This document shows positions 34,907 to 42,729 of a stretch of 63,484 nucleotides of DNA, piece by piece (the first letter of the stretch is position 1; each line of letters starts with the position of its first letter). Origin of the DNA: Gemmatimonadota bacterium (GTDB lineage: Bacteria; Gemmatimonadota; Gemmatimonadetes; Gemmatimonadales; GWC2-71-9); the NCBI GenBank assembly GCA_041499215.1, contig JBGQJV010000001.1, forward strand, positions 1 to 63,484, in the 5' to 3' direction. A model generated the notes under the pieces. It was not told the origin of the DNA. It did no database searches and saw only the letters and a program-made list of their open reading frames with translations. A program made the position numbers and the translations under genes.

Positions 34907-35875
34907 CTATGCCTCCACCGGCGACTGCTTCGCACCGGGCAGGGTGATTGGGGCCAATAGCTGCTCGATGGCCGCACGCTCGGCCTCGAACTGCGGCGGC
35001 AACTTGAGCGACTCGCCCAGGGTGGCTTCCGGTTCGTCGATCAGGAAGCCGGGGCCGTCAGTGGCAACCTCGAACAGGACGCCGCCCGGTTCCCGGAAGT
35101 AGATGGACTGGAAGTACTGTCGGTCCACCACCGGGGTCACCGAGATGCTGTGTCCAAGCACGTCTCCACGCAGTCGCAACTGCTGAGCCGGATCCGCTGC
35201 CCGCCAGGCCACATGGTGCACGCTGCCCGCACCAAGACTCCCCGATGCCGCGTTCGGATCCCGCAGCAGATCGACCACCCCGCCGTCAACTCCCGCGGGT
35301 GGAGCGAAGCGTCGGAACGCACCGTCCTCCCCCAGCGGCACCAGACCGAGCACGTCGGTGAGAACCTGCGCCGTGGCATCGACCCCTCTCAGGGTGAGCG
35401 TGGTACCCTGGAAACGTCGGATGGCCGCGGCACTGGGTACGGTTGAGGCCGGGTGTACGCTCAACTGCTCGGCCACCTTGCTCTCCACCAACTCGAGGGC
35501 CATGCCGTCCGGGTCACTGAATCGAAGGGTTGGCGCACCGAATCGCTCGCGGAGGGTCACGCCGCCGACCTGACTCGTGCCCAGCCGCTCTTCCCAATAG
35601 CCCAGCGATCCCGCCGGCACGGCGAACGCAGTCACCGTGGCCTGGCCGGCACCACTGCGGCCCCGAAACGCCCCGGCCCAGGGGAAGAAGGTCAGCAGGG
35701 TCCCGGGCCGGCCGGTACGGTCGCCATAGTAGAAGTGGTAGGTCCCGGGGTCGTCGAAATTCACGGTCCGCTTCACCAGGCGCAGTCCCAGGGTACCTGC
35801 GTAGAAGTCGAGGTTACGCTGCGGATCGCCCGCGATGGCGGTGATGTGATGGATTCCTGAAGTCGGGTTCTGCAT
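34907..35875 (-). CDS. ring-cleaving (extradiol) dioxygenase, VOC/glyoxalase family (MhqO/MhqA-like)
   Basis: GIHHITAIAGDPQRNLDFYAGTLGLRLVKRTVNFDDPGTYHFYYGD. Two VOC modules. Confidence 0.8.
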   Translation of the reverse strand: MQNPTSGIHHITAIAGDPQRNLDFYAGTLGLRLVKRTVNFDDPGTYHFYYGDRTGRPGTLLTFFPWAGAFRGRSGAGQATVTAFAVPAGSLGYWEERLGTSQVGGVTLRERFGAPTLRFSDPDGMALELVESKVAEQLSVHPASTVPSAAAIRRFQGTTLTLRGVDATAQVLTDVLGLVPLGEDGAFRRFAPPAGVDGGVVDLLRDPNAASGSLGAGSVHHVAWRAADPAQQLRLRGDVLGHSISVTPVVDRQYFQSIYFREPGGVLFEVATDGPGFLIDEPEATLGESLKLPPQFEAERAAIEQLLAPITLPGAKQSPVEA

Positions 35876-35916
35876 GATTCGCTGCTCCTGCGCTGCTTTG
35901 TTGTGTTGCCCTGTTT

Positions 35917-36100
35917 GGCCGTTCGCCGTTGGCCGTTCGCCGTTCGCCGTTGGCCGTTGGCCGTTGGCCGTTGGCGCTTGCTCTCTCGGGTTCGAGCCTG
36001 TCCACCTCCGACTGCTTCCCTCTCACTACTTGCTTGTGCCACTGCTTACTGCCTACTGCTTACTGGCTCTCTGCTCACTGCTTACTTCTCACTGTCACTG
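35917..36100. repeat. two adjacent heptamer arrays (GCCGTTS x8, then CTGCTTA-like x about 10)
   Basis: gccgttc gccgttg gccgttc gccgttc gccgttg x4, then ctgctta ctgccta ctgctta ctggctc tctgctc actgctta cttctca ctgtcactg. Located between marR and the dioxygenase. Confidence 0.85.
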
Positions 36101-36556
36101 CCCGCCCCGGGCCGCCAGGCCGAGTTTCCGGCACAGCCGGCTCAGTTCACGCTGTTCCGCCTGGGTGAGCGCACCCAGCAGCCCTCGCACCCGCGCCGCA
36201 TGCTCGGGGAACGCCCGGGCTATCAGTTCCTGCCCCTTGTCGCTCAACCGGACGAGGTAGGCCCGGCGATCATCGGGATTGGTGTCTCGCCGGACCAGCC
36301 CGCTCCGCTCGAGGTTGTCGATGACCGTGGTGAGATTGCTGCCGCTCACCAACAGCTTCTCGCACAGCCGCGCCTGGGGCATCGGCCCCAGGTGAAGCAA
36401 CGCCTCCAGCACTCCGAACTGGCTCTCCGTGAGGCCATGGGCCTTCGCAAGCGGAGGGTTGAGCCGGGCGGACAGGCTGTTCACCGCCCGGCGGAGCTTC
36501 ACGAAGCTTCCCAGAGCCAGGAGGGCGGCGGGGTCGCGGCGGAGATTGGCAGTCAT
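36095..36556 (-). CDS. MarR family transcriptional regulator (MhqR-like by context)
   Basis: Winged-helix region LTESQFGVLEALLHLGPMPQARLCEKLLVSGSNLTTVIDNLERSGLVRR...DRRA. Start at MTANLRRD (Met20 of the ORF). Confidence 0.8.
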   Translation of the reverse strand: MTANLRRDPAALLALGSFVKLRRAVNSLSARLNPPLAKAHGLTESQFGVLEALLHLGPMPQARLCEKLLVSGSNLTTVIDNLERSGLVRRDTNPDDRRAYLVRLSDKGQELIARAFPEHAARVRGLLGALTQAEQRELSRLCRKLGLAARGGQ

Positions 36557-36575
36557 ATCGTCCGATGTCGCATTG

Positions 36576-36587
36576 TTCGACGTCGAA
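36576..36587. promoter_or_regulatory. perfect 12-bp palindrome, candidate MarR operator
   Basis: TTCGACGTCGAA, about 20 nt upstream of the marR start, in an AT-richer patch (cattgttcgacgtcgaatataatg). Confidence 0.45.
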
Positions 36588-36609
36588 TATAATGAGCCAG
36601 CAGACCAGG

Positions 36610-37311
36610 TCAAGGGCCCGGACCGGCGCCCGCCAGCCGCCGCAGTGCCCCAGGCTCCAGCGCATGCCCGCCCCCAAACCGCTCGGCTCGGGCACGGACC
36701 CCTTTCTGGGCCAGGGCCCGGGCCTGCGCCTCGATGCCGCCCGCTGGAGCGAGCGGATCCTGGTCACCCGCGATCAGAGTGACCTCACGCCCCTGCATAC
36801 GCTCGGCGACCCCGGGCATGGCGTCGGCCGGCGGATCGACCCCCCACAGCACCAGCTGGTCCGGGAGGGTGGCGCCGGCCGCGACCCAGCGAGCCGCCAT
36901 GGCCGCTCCCTGGGAGAACCCGAGAATGCCTACTGTCGCCCCAGACCGGAGGGAGCCAGCCAGGTCGGCATGAAGCCGATCCAGGTACTGCAGGGTATCA
37001 GCCAGGTCCGCCTCACGGTCCTCCCGCGTCAGCCAGGTGGCGCCGATGGCCTGGGCGTGCCGGCCGTCGCGGGCCGTCTCCAGATAGAACCGGGACAGGG
37101 CCTCCGGCGCGACAATGAGGCTGGCCCTCCGCTCACCCAGCGGCTCGAGCTGCCGGAGAAACCGCTCCGCCAGCATCGCATAGCCGTGCAACGCGATCCA
37201 CAGATGGTCCGCCTCCCCGGGGTCGGGCCCGAGCATGAAAAAGCGGGCGGTGCGTGCCACCTGGAGGTGGTGCGCCGAGACAGTCCTCTTTGGGGTGTTC
37301 TCGTTGGTCAT
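36610..37311 (-). CDS. alpha/beta hydrolase (esterase; phospholipase/carboxylesterase-like)
   Basis: LWIALHGY, nucleophile elbow GFSQGA. Confidence 0.65.
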   Translation of the reverse strand: MTNENTPKRTVSAHHLQVARTARFFMLGPDPGEADHLWIALHGYAMLAERFLRQLEPLGERRASLIVAPEALSRFYLETARDGRHAQAIGATWLTREDREADLADTLQYLDRLHADLAGSLRSGATVGILGFSQGAAMAARWVAAGATLPDQLVLWGVDPPADAMPGVAERMQGREVTLIAGDQDPLAPAGGIEAQARALAQKGVRARAERFGGGHALEPGALRRLAGAGPGP

Positions 37312-37502
37312 GAGTCACACATCAAGGCGCGGGGCTCGAGACTGGCCGAGGGAGAGACACTGGAAGGTGACTGAGGAGTTGCTCGATTCGAAGGGGGAGC
37401 CAGCCGGAAGGCCTGCCCGGGGTCACGCGGTGCATGGGGGCAGCGGCGGTCCGGCGCTACCGAGGCGGCGCGCCGTCGGCAGGCCTGGTTGCGAGCGCCC
37501 GC

Positions 37503-40334
37503 TCAGGCGGCGTCGGACAGGGAGCCGCTGGCGGGTGCCGGGAGCTCCCGGCGGGGCTGCGCAAGGAGCCGCGCGATGTCGGGTGCCGGCAGCGGCGGCG
37601 CGAAGAAATACCCCTGGCCCATGCTGCACCCGAGGAAGCGCAGCGCAGCACACTGCTCGGGCGTCTCCACGCCCTCGGCCACGGTACGGAGCCGCAGGGT
37701 GTCCCCCAGGCCGATGATGGCCCGGGCAAGCGCGGACTTGTCGACCCCGGCGTTCACGTCCTCGACGAACGGACGCGCGATCTTGATGAGGTCAATCGGG
37801 AAACGCTGCAGGTAGCTGAGCGACGAGTAGCCGGTGCCGAAGTCGTCGATCGCGAGCTGGACCCCCAGCTCCTTCAGGGCCTTGAGCTGCTCGAGCACCG
37901 AGCCGGTGGTCTGCATCAGGACGCTCTCGGTGATCTCCAGCACTACCGCCTCGGGAGCCACCCCGGTTTCGGTGAGCGCCATCCGGGTCTCGTTCACCAG
38001 GTCGAGCTCGGTGAGCTGGCGGCCGGAGATGTTGACCGACACCGTCAGCGGGGTCTCGGGGAAGGCGGTGCGCCAGACCTGGGCCTGGCGGCAGGCCTCG
38101 CGGAGGACCCAGCGCCCCATCCGCACGATGAGTCCGGTCTCCTCGGCCAGCGGCACGAAGTGCTGCGGCAGCAGGTGGCCGAACTGGGGGTGCTCCCAGC
38201 GCACCAACGCTTCGATCCCCTCGATCCGGCCGGTCTTGAGGGAGAAGATCGGCTGGTACGCCAGGTAGAGTTCCTCCCCTTCGATCGCCCCGCGAAGCGC
38301 CACCTCCATCTCGCCCCGATGCTTCACGTCGGTGTACATGTGGGCCTGGTAGGTCTCGCTCCGGCCCTTGCCACGCCGCTTGGCGGTATACATCGCCATG
38401 TCGGCGTTCCGCAGCAGGTCGTCGGCGGAGTCCTCCGGACCGGCAGTGGCGACGCCGACGCTCATCTTCACATGCACCTCGTTGCCGCCCAGGACGAACG
38501 GGCGGGACATCGCCTCACTCAAGCGATCGACTACGGCGGTGACACCCTCGGCGTCTGCGCCGTCTTCGATCAGCACGGCGAACTCGTCGCCACCCAGCCG
38601 GGACACGGTGTCTCCGGCCCGGGCACAGATCCGGAACCGCTCGGCCGCGACCACCAGCAGCCGGTCGCCCTCACTGTGGCCCAGGCTGTCGTTGACCTTC
38701 TTGAAGTCATCCAGGTCGAGATACAGCACACTGATCGGCTCGCCCTGTCGCCGGGCGCGGGCCAGGGCGTGGCTCACACGATCCCGGAACAGGGCGCGGT
38801 TGGCCAGGCCGGTGAGCGGATCGTGGAACGCCTGGTGGGTCAGCTGCTGCTCCAACCGCTTCCGCTCGCTCACGTCGCGGGTGTTGAGCACGATACCGCG
38901 CACCGTCGGATCGTGCAGCAGGTTGGTGGCAATGATCTCGGCATGAAGCGAGGATCCGTCGGGCTGGCGGAAGCGCCACTCCACCGGCGGAGAAACCCCG
39001 ACATTCTCGGAGGCATCCCGGAGGTAGCTGCGGGCGCGCTCCCGGTCTTCGGGATCCAGCAGGTCGACGAAGCCGCGACCCACCAGCGGCACCGGGTCGT
39101 AGCGCAGCACCCGAGCCACCGAGGGACTGACGAAGCGGATGGTCCCGTTCGGCTTGATCACCACGATCACATCCGACGAATTCTGCACCAGCGAGCGGAA
39201 CCGGGCCTCGTTCGCCCGGGCGGCGGTCTCGGCGAGCAGACGGACGTTCTGCCGAACCGCGATCACCTGGCGGGCAACGACCAGCACGGTCATCGCCACC
39301 GCCCCTACCACCAGGCCGCTGATCGGATCGGCCCAGGGCTTGACGGCGGCCGCCAGCAGCAGCCCGTAGGTGGATGCGATGGCCAGATAAGGCAGCGGAC
39401 TCAGTTGCTGCGAGCGGGTGGGCGATTCGTGCTGCCCGGCGTTGCGCGGCACCGGACGCCGGTAGTAGAGCTCGGCGCTGGCGGTCGCAAGGAGATAGAA
39501 CAGGAGGTAGACCGCATCGACCCAGGCAGCGGTGCGTTCCCCGGTCTCGATCAGCACCAGGTTGAAGGTCAGGTCGGCGACGATGCTGACCAGCACCGAC
39601 GCCACCAGCAGGCGGAAGGCGACCCGATTCTCGTCCAGCGGCCCGCGCAGGAGCACCGTCGTGATGCCGAGCAGAACGAGCACGTTGGCCAGCGGATAGG
39701 CGAAGGCGAGCAGCGTGACGGACACACTGCCACCCGGGGCGGCCGTGGAGGGCCGCACGTTGAAGTACCAGATGGCTACCGCCGCGCCGACCAGTACCAG
39801 CGCCGCATCGAGGACGAATTTCCACTTCTCCAGCCGGATACGCCTCGCAAGCGGAAACGACAACAGCGAGGCAAGCATCAGGAAGCTGTCGGTCAGGTAG
39901 AACGCGTCCGCCCAGGACACCGGGGGGCTCTCGCCCAGCGCCACGATGTGGTAGATGGAGATCGCGTTGCCAGCGAGGACCGCGAAGGAGCCAAGGCCAA
40001 GAAGGGCCAGAGCCTGCCGAACCCCCGGATCGAGCGCCGGCCTCCGCGAGGCGAGCAGAAACAGAACCCCGGTGAGGAGATTCAGGGGCATGAACCCCGC
40101 GGTCCCGACGATCTCGCGGGTCGCCGGCGATCCCCAACCGGCGCGCTCCCAGACGAGGTACGTGAGCCCGTACAGGGCCATCAGACCAGTGATCGTGCCG
40201 ACCGGGAGGGACCCTTTGGGGTCTCCCGGACCGGAGTTCAGGCCTTGATCCACTGTCTGGTTACCCACGCTGCTCCCGAGCCATTGCGGTTCGCTGGTGT
40301 TAGCGCGTTCAGGCCCGACTGGGCCTGTTTTCAC
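37503..40334 (-). CDS. membrane-anchored PAS-GGDEF-EAL c-di-GMP signalling protein
   Basis: About 10 N-terminal TM helices, a PAS region, RLGGDEFAVLI, EALVRWEHP, DDFGTGYSSL. The GTG start is uncertain. Confidence 0.85.
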   Translation of the reverse strand: MKTGPVGPERANTSEPQWLGSSVGNQTVDQGLNSGPGDPKGSLPVGTITGLMALYGLTYLVWERAGWGSPATREIVGTAGFMPLNLLTGVLFLLASRRPALDPGVRQALALLGLGSFAVLAGNAISIYHIVALGESPPVSWADAFYLTDSFLMLASLLSFPLARRIRLEKWKFVLDAALVLVGAAVAIWYFNVRPSTAAPGGSVSVTLLAFAYPLANVLVLLGITTVLLRGPLDENRVAFRLLVASVLVSIVADLTFNLVLIETGERTAAWVDAVYLLFYLLATASAELYYRRPVPRNAGQHESPTRSQQLSPLPYLAIASTYGLLLAAAVKPWADPISGLVVGAVAMTVLVVARQVIAVRQNVRLLAETAARANEARFRSLVQNSSDVIVVIKPNGTIRFVSPSVARVLRYDPVPLVGRGFVDLLDPEDRERARSYLRDASENVGVSPPVEWRFRQPDGSSLHAEIIATNLLHDPTVRGIVLNTRDVSERKRLEQQLTHQAFHDPLTGLANRALFRDRVSHALARARRQGEPISVLYLDLDDFKKVNDSLGHSEGDRLLVVAAERFRICARAGDTVSRLGGDEFAVLIEDGADAEGVTAVVDRLSEAMSRPFVLGGNEVHVKMSVGVATAGPEDSADDLLRNADMAMYTAKRRGKGRSETYQAHMYTDVKHRGEMEVALRGAIEGEELYLAYQPIFSLKTGRIEGIEALVRWEHPQFGHLLPQHFVPLAEETGLIVRMGRWVLREACRQAQVWRTAFPETPLTVSVNISGRQLTELDLVNETRMALTETGVAPEAVVLEITESVLMQTTGSVLEQLKALKELGVQLAIDDFGTGYSSLSYLQRFPIDLIKIARPFVEDVNAGVDKSALARAIIGLGDTLRLRTVAEGVETPEQCAALRFLGCSMGQGYFFAPPLPAPDIARLLAQPRRELPAPASGSLSDAA

Positions 40335-40536
40335 AAATCATTACACAACAACAACTTGACACTTATGACCCGGGCGATTCGGGGCAGGAGTGCAGATCGA
40401 AACAGGGAGGTTGCAAGGCCGGTGCCGTTCAGCTCACGAAGGGAGATCGGGTTTGAAATGCGGTTTGCGACAAGTGCACCTGGGAATGGCAACTGGCCGG
40501 GCAGCAGCAGGGGTCCAGCAGGCTGACACCGCCCGG

Positions 40537-40852
40537 CTAGTCGTCGTCCCAATCACGTTCGACACGGGCCTCACGTCTGTGAGACCGCCAGAACCTCCGC
40601 TCCTGTGCACGATTCTCCGCGTAGCACTGGGCGACATACAGAACCATCCTCGCCCGCACCCGCACCCGCGCGCCGGTGAGATCCACGAATACGATCCGGC
40701 CGTCGGCGCCGGCGGCAAGCAACTCCCGCTCGGCGGAGCGCGCCATCGCGGCGCTGAGGTACCAGTTGGCCTCCTGGGTGCAGAGAACGAAGTAGTCCCC
40801 GCGCCTGCGCTTCAGGCCGGGCGCCGTCTTCTCTTTCGCGTACCTGTGTCAT
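40537..40852 (-). pseudogene. small ORF with an apparent frame problem just after its start (unknown family)
   Basis: ATG at 40852 with GAGGG 4 nt upstream opens an Arg-rich, junk-like frame. The adjacent frame (stop at 40537) reads the protein-like HRYAKEKTAPGLKRRRGDYFVLCTQEANWYLSAAMARSAERELLAAGADGRIVFVDLTG..., but has no canonical start before Met at 40746. Confidence 0.3.
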
Positions 40853-40888
40853 CCTGCCCTCGTAAGGTTGGCCGCATGATGGCGCGGC

Positions 40889-41053
40889 TCAATTCGATAC
40901 CACCTCCTGCTCCACCCGCGGCCGGACCGGCGGCCTCCCCGCGGCAGACCGGAGCAGCAGCGGGTACACCGCGCGCTCCGCCCGTCGCAGAGCGGGGCTC
41001 GCCTGATAGCGGTCCTCCGGCCGGGCGAGCCAGAGAGTCCGAGGATCCAGCAT
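40889..41053 (-). CDS. small hypothetical protein (54 aa)
   Basis: Consensus SD AAGGAGG 5 nt upstream of the ATG. High third-position GC. MLDPRTLWLARPEDRYQASPALRRAERAVYPLLL... No family recognised. Confidence 0.45.
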   Translation of the reverse strand: MLDPRTLWLARPEDRYQASPALRRAERAVYPLLLRSAAGRPPVRPRVEQEVVSN

Positions 41054-41098
41054 CCGGGCCTCCTTCGAGCCATCCCGCGTGAGAGACCCAGCGCGACG

Positions 41099-41119
41099 GG
41101 ACGTGTGTGCCACACGTCC
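41099..41119. promoter_or_regulatory. perfect 9-3-9 palindrome upstream of the 54-aa ORF
   Basis: GGACGTGTG-tgc-CACACGTCC, about 45-65 nt upstream of the ATG at 41053. Confidence 0.4.
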
Positions 41120-41196
41120 TTGGAGTCGCGTTCCACCGTGCGCGGGCTCCACGCCCGCCGGCCGGTGTCATCTCACTCTGGACAGCCCCGAAAAAC

Positions 41197-41238
41197 GGAA
41201 TCGCCCCACCTGTCGGCCTGCACAGGTGGGGCGATTCC
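41197..41238 (-). terminator. strong intrinsic terminator
   Basis: Perfect 17-bp stem GGAATCGCCCCACCTGT / ACAGGTGGGGCGATTCC with an 8-nt loop, followed on the minus strand by GTTTTTCGGGG. Confidence 0.8.
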
Positions 41239-41262
41239 GCCGCCGGTCGGTTCCCAGAGGTG

Positions 41263-41451
41263 TTATCCCCCGAGTCGCGCCGGACTCCCGTGCAGGCTAC
41301 TCACTTCCAAACCATCACTCACGCGCAGCTTCAATCCATCCTCGCCGTAGGTGCCACCGGAGAATCCTGAACGCCCCCCGGCAGACCAAAGGGGTGCGAC
41401 CGGAGCAATCCGGCGCTGGGCGTGCAGGTAGTCGTCAGGACGCAGTTGCAT
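41263..41451 (-). CDS. 62-codon ORF of unknown function (could instead be part of a non-coding RNA)
   Basis: GGAG 3 nt upstream of the ATG. MQLRPDDYLHAQRRIAPVAPLWSAGGRSGFSGGTYGEDGLKLRVSDGLEVSSLHGSPARLGG. Third-position GC is lower than in neighbouring genes. Confidence 0.3.
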   Translation of the reverse strand: MQLRPDDYLHAQRRIAPVAPLWSAGGRSGFSGGTYGEDGLKLRVSDGLEVSSLHGSPARLGG

Positions 41452-41571
41452 CGGCTCCTCAGGTCCAGAAAAAGGAAAGTCGCGCCACCGTGGAGGTGAT
41501 CGGTGCTCCCACACCGACACCGGCAGACCCGGAAGGGCCGGCTCATTCCAACGGGACGCGACTCCCAGAGG
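41452..41571 (-). promoter_or_regulatory. structured 5' leader with attenuator-like features
   Basis: Mutually exclusive helices TCGGTG/CACCGA and CACCG/CGGTG. Loop CACCTCC. Long-range stem GGGAGTCGCG/CGCGACTTTCC followed by TTTTT. Confidence 0.4.
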
Positions 41572-41577
41572 GGAGAC

Positions 41578-41606
41578 ATTTTACGAATCGGGCGTTGATC
41601 TGTCAA
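41578..41606 (-). promoter_or_regulatory. near-consensus sigma70 promoter
   Basis: Minus strand TTGACA-17 nt-TAAAAT. Confidence 0.65.
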
Positions 41607-41638
41607 TACTGAAGTTCCGAGTTCCAAGTTCCGAGTAA

Positions 41639-41660
41639 GGGCCGCACAGCCGTGCGGCCC
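41639..41660 (-). terminator. hairpin downstream of the 41677-42414 gene
   Basis: GGGCCGCAC-agcc-GTGCGGCCC, about 17 nt after the stop. Followed by a GTTCCGA heptamer array (41614-41635). Confidence 0.5.
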
Positions 41661-41676
41661 CTACACTGGAACTGGC

Positions 41677-42414
41677 TCAATGCCCGGCGGTGTCGACCGA
41701 GAGCGAGAATCGGCCGTCACCCGCGTCCAGACGGACAACCTCGCGACCGTTTTTGTCGCGCACCCTGATGCTGGCTCCGGTGCTGTCGGCGAACAGCCGG
41801 AGCACCGCCCTGCCCAGCCCGTCATTCACCTTGATGTTGGCCCCGTGGTGATCGGCCAGGAGCCGCACCAGCTCCCCGCCGTCGCCCCTGGCGTTGATCC
41901 GCACCGCACCGCCAAGATCGGCCGTGGCCTCGAAGGCGTCGCCGTGCCGCATGTCCGCGGCGACCGAGGGAACAACCATGATCGGCCGGTCGATATCGCC
42001 CGGGGTGAAGCGGGCGCGACCCAGCTCCACCAGATTGCCGGTCAGACCCTCGGCGCAGGTGAAGCCGCTGTCGAAATCGAAGTCACGCTGCCGCTCGGGC
42101 AGCAGCACGCAGCCCTGCAGCTGGCGTCCGGCACTGGCATCGGCAAGCTCGACGGTCAGGTTCACCTCCGGCAGTGCACCCGACTCGTCGCGGCGAATCG
42201 TGGCCCGCCGGACGGTACCCAGCCGCTCGCCGTCCAGCCTGAACGGGATATCCGACGCGGCGCTCGCGACACGGGAGAAGGCGCTCGAGTGGAGCGCGGT
42301 GGTGATGGCGTCAGACGCGGCGGCCTTGGCTTGCCGGCCGACCGTAACCAACATCATGCCGACAACGAACACGCCGAGGGCACCAAGCCCGATCCTGGTC
42401 CAGAGGCTTCGCAT
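41677..42414 (-). CDS. membrane-anchored hypothetical protein with three C-terminal ~22-aa repeats
   Basis: GGAGG SD. N-terminal TM segment (IGLGALGVFVVGMMLV). Repeats GAVRINARGDGGELVRLLADHH / GANIKVNDGLGRAVLRLFADST / GASIRVRDKNGREVVRLDAGDG. Start at MRSLWTR (Met34 of the ORF). Confidence 0.55.
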   Translation of the reverse strand: MRSLWTRIGLGALGVFVVGMMLVTVGRQAKAAASDAITTALHSSAFSRVASAASDIPFRLDGERLGTVRRATIRRDESGALPEVNLTVELADASAGRQLQGCVLLPERQRDFDFDSGFTCAEGLTGNLVELGRARFTPGDIDRPIMVVPSVAADMRHGDAFEATADLGGAVRINARGDGGELVRLLADHHGANIKVNDGLGRAVLRLFADSTGASIRVRDKNGREVVRLDAGDGRFSLSVDTAGH

Positions 42415-42729
42415 GGGGGGTACCTCCGCGCGGGGGGGAAAGCCGGGAGACGGACCCCCTACGGGAGGTTTCAATGAAGGTTTCAGGATGGGACGGGCAT
42501 TCCTGGAATCCAACCCGGCTGCATTCCCGACCTGTCACCCGAGGACATCATGAGGCCTCGCTACGCTCGTGCGCTGCTCCCCCTCCTGGCGGCCACGAGT
42601 CTCGAGGCCGCGCACGACGAGCGTGCCCTGTGGCAGCAGTTCGAGGGGACCATGGTCACCGTTCGTCACCGCCGAGCTGGTCGAGGGGGTGGTGATCCGG
42701 TTCCGCCAGTCCGGACTGAGGCGGCCTTA

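Noticed and set aside
35917-36100. Tandem repeat arrays considered as possible CRISPR arrays.
   Set aside because: The units are only 7-8 nt and directly abutting, with no unique spacers. No cas genes are present in the window.
41263-41451. The C-terminal Gly-Gly of the 62-aa ORF as evidence for a ubiquitin-like/ThiS/MoaD/Pup-type modifier.
   Set aside because: There is no beta-grasp-like sequence pattern. No E1/E2/JAB, ThiF/MoeB or Pup-ligase genes are nearby. A terminal GG alone is weak evidence.
41461-41500. Plus-strand AAAGGAAAGTCGCGCCACCGTGG resembles the RNase P RNA P4 motif GAGGAAAGTCCGGGC.
   Set aside because: The other universally conserved RNase P elements (AGGGTGAAA-type, ACAGAA..GGCTTA) are absent. 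The promoter and terminator signals are on the opposite strand. The motif is better explained as one arm of the leader stem.
41452-41571. The leader as a c-di-GMP riboswitch, because a GGDEF-EAL gene is nearby.
   Set aside because: It lacks the GEMM-I/II signature sequences as I remember them (ACGCACAGGGCAAACC / GGGACGCAAAGCC-type). The class remains unassigned.
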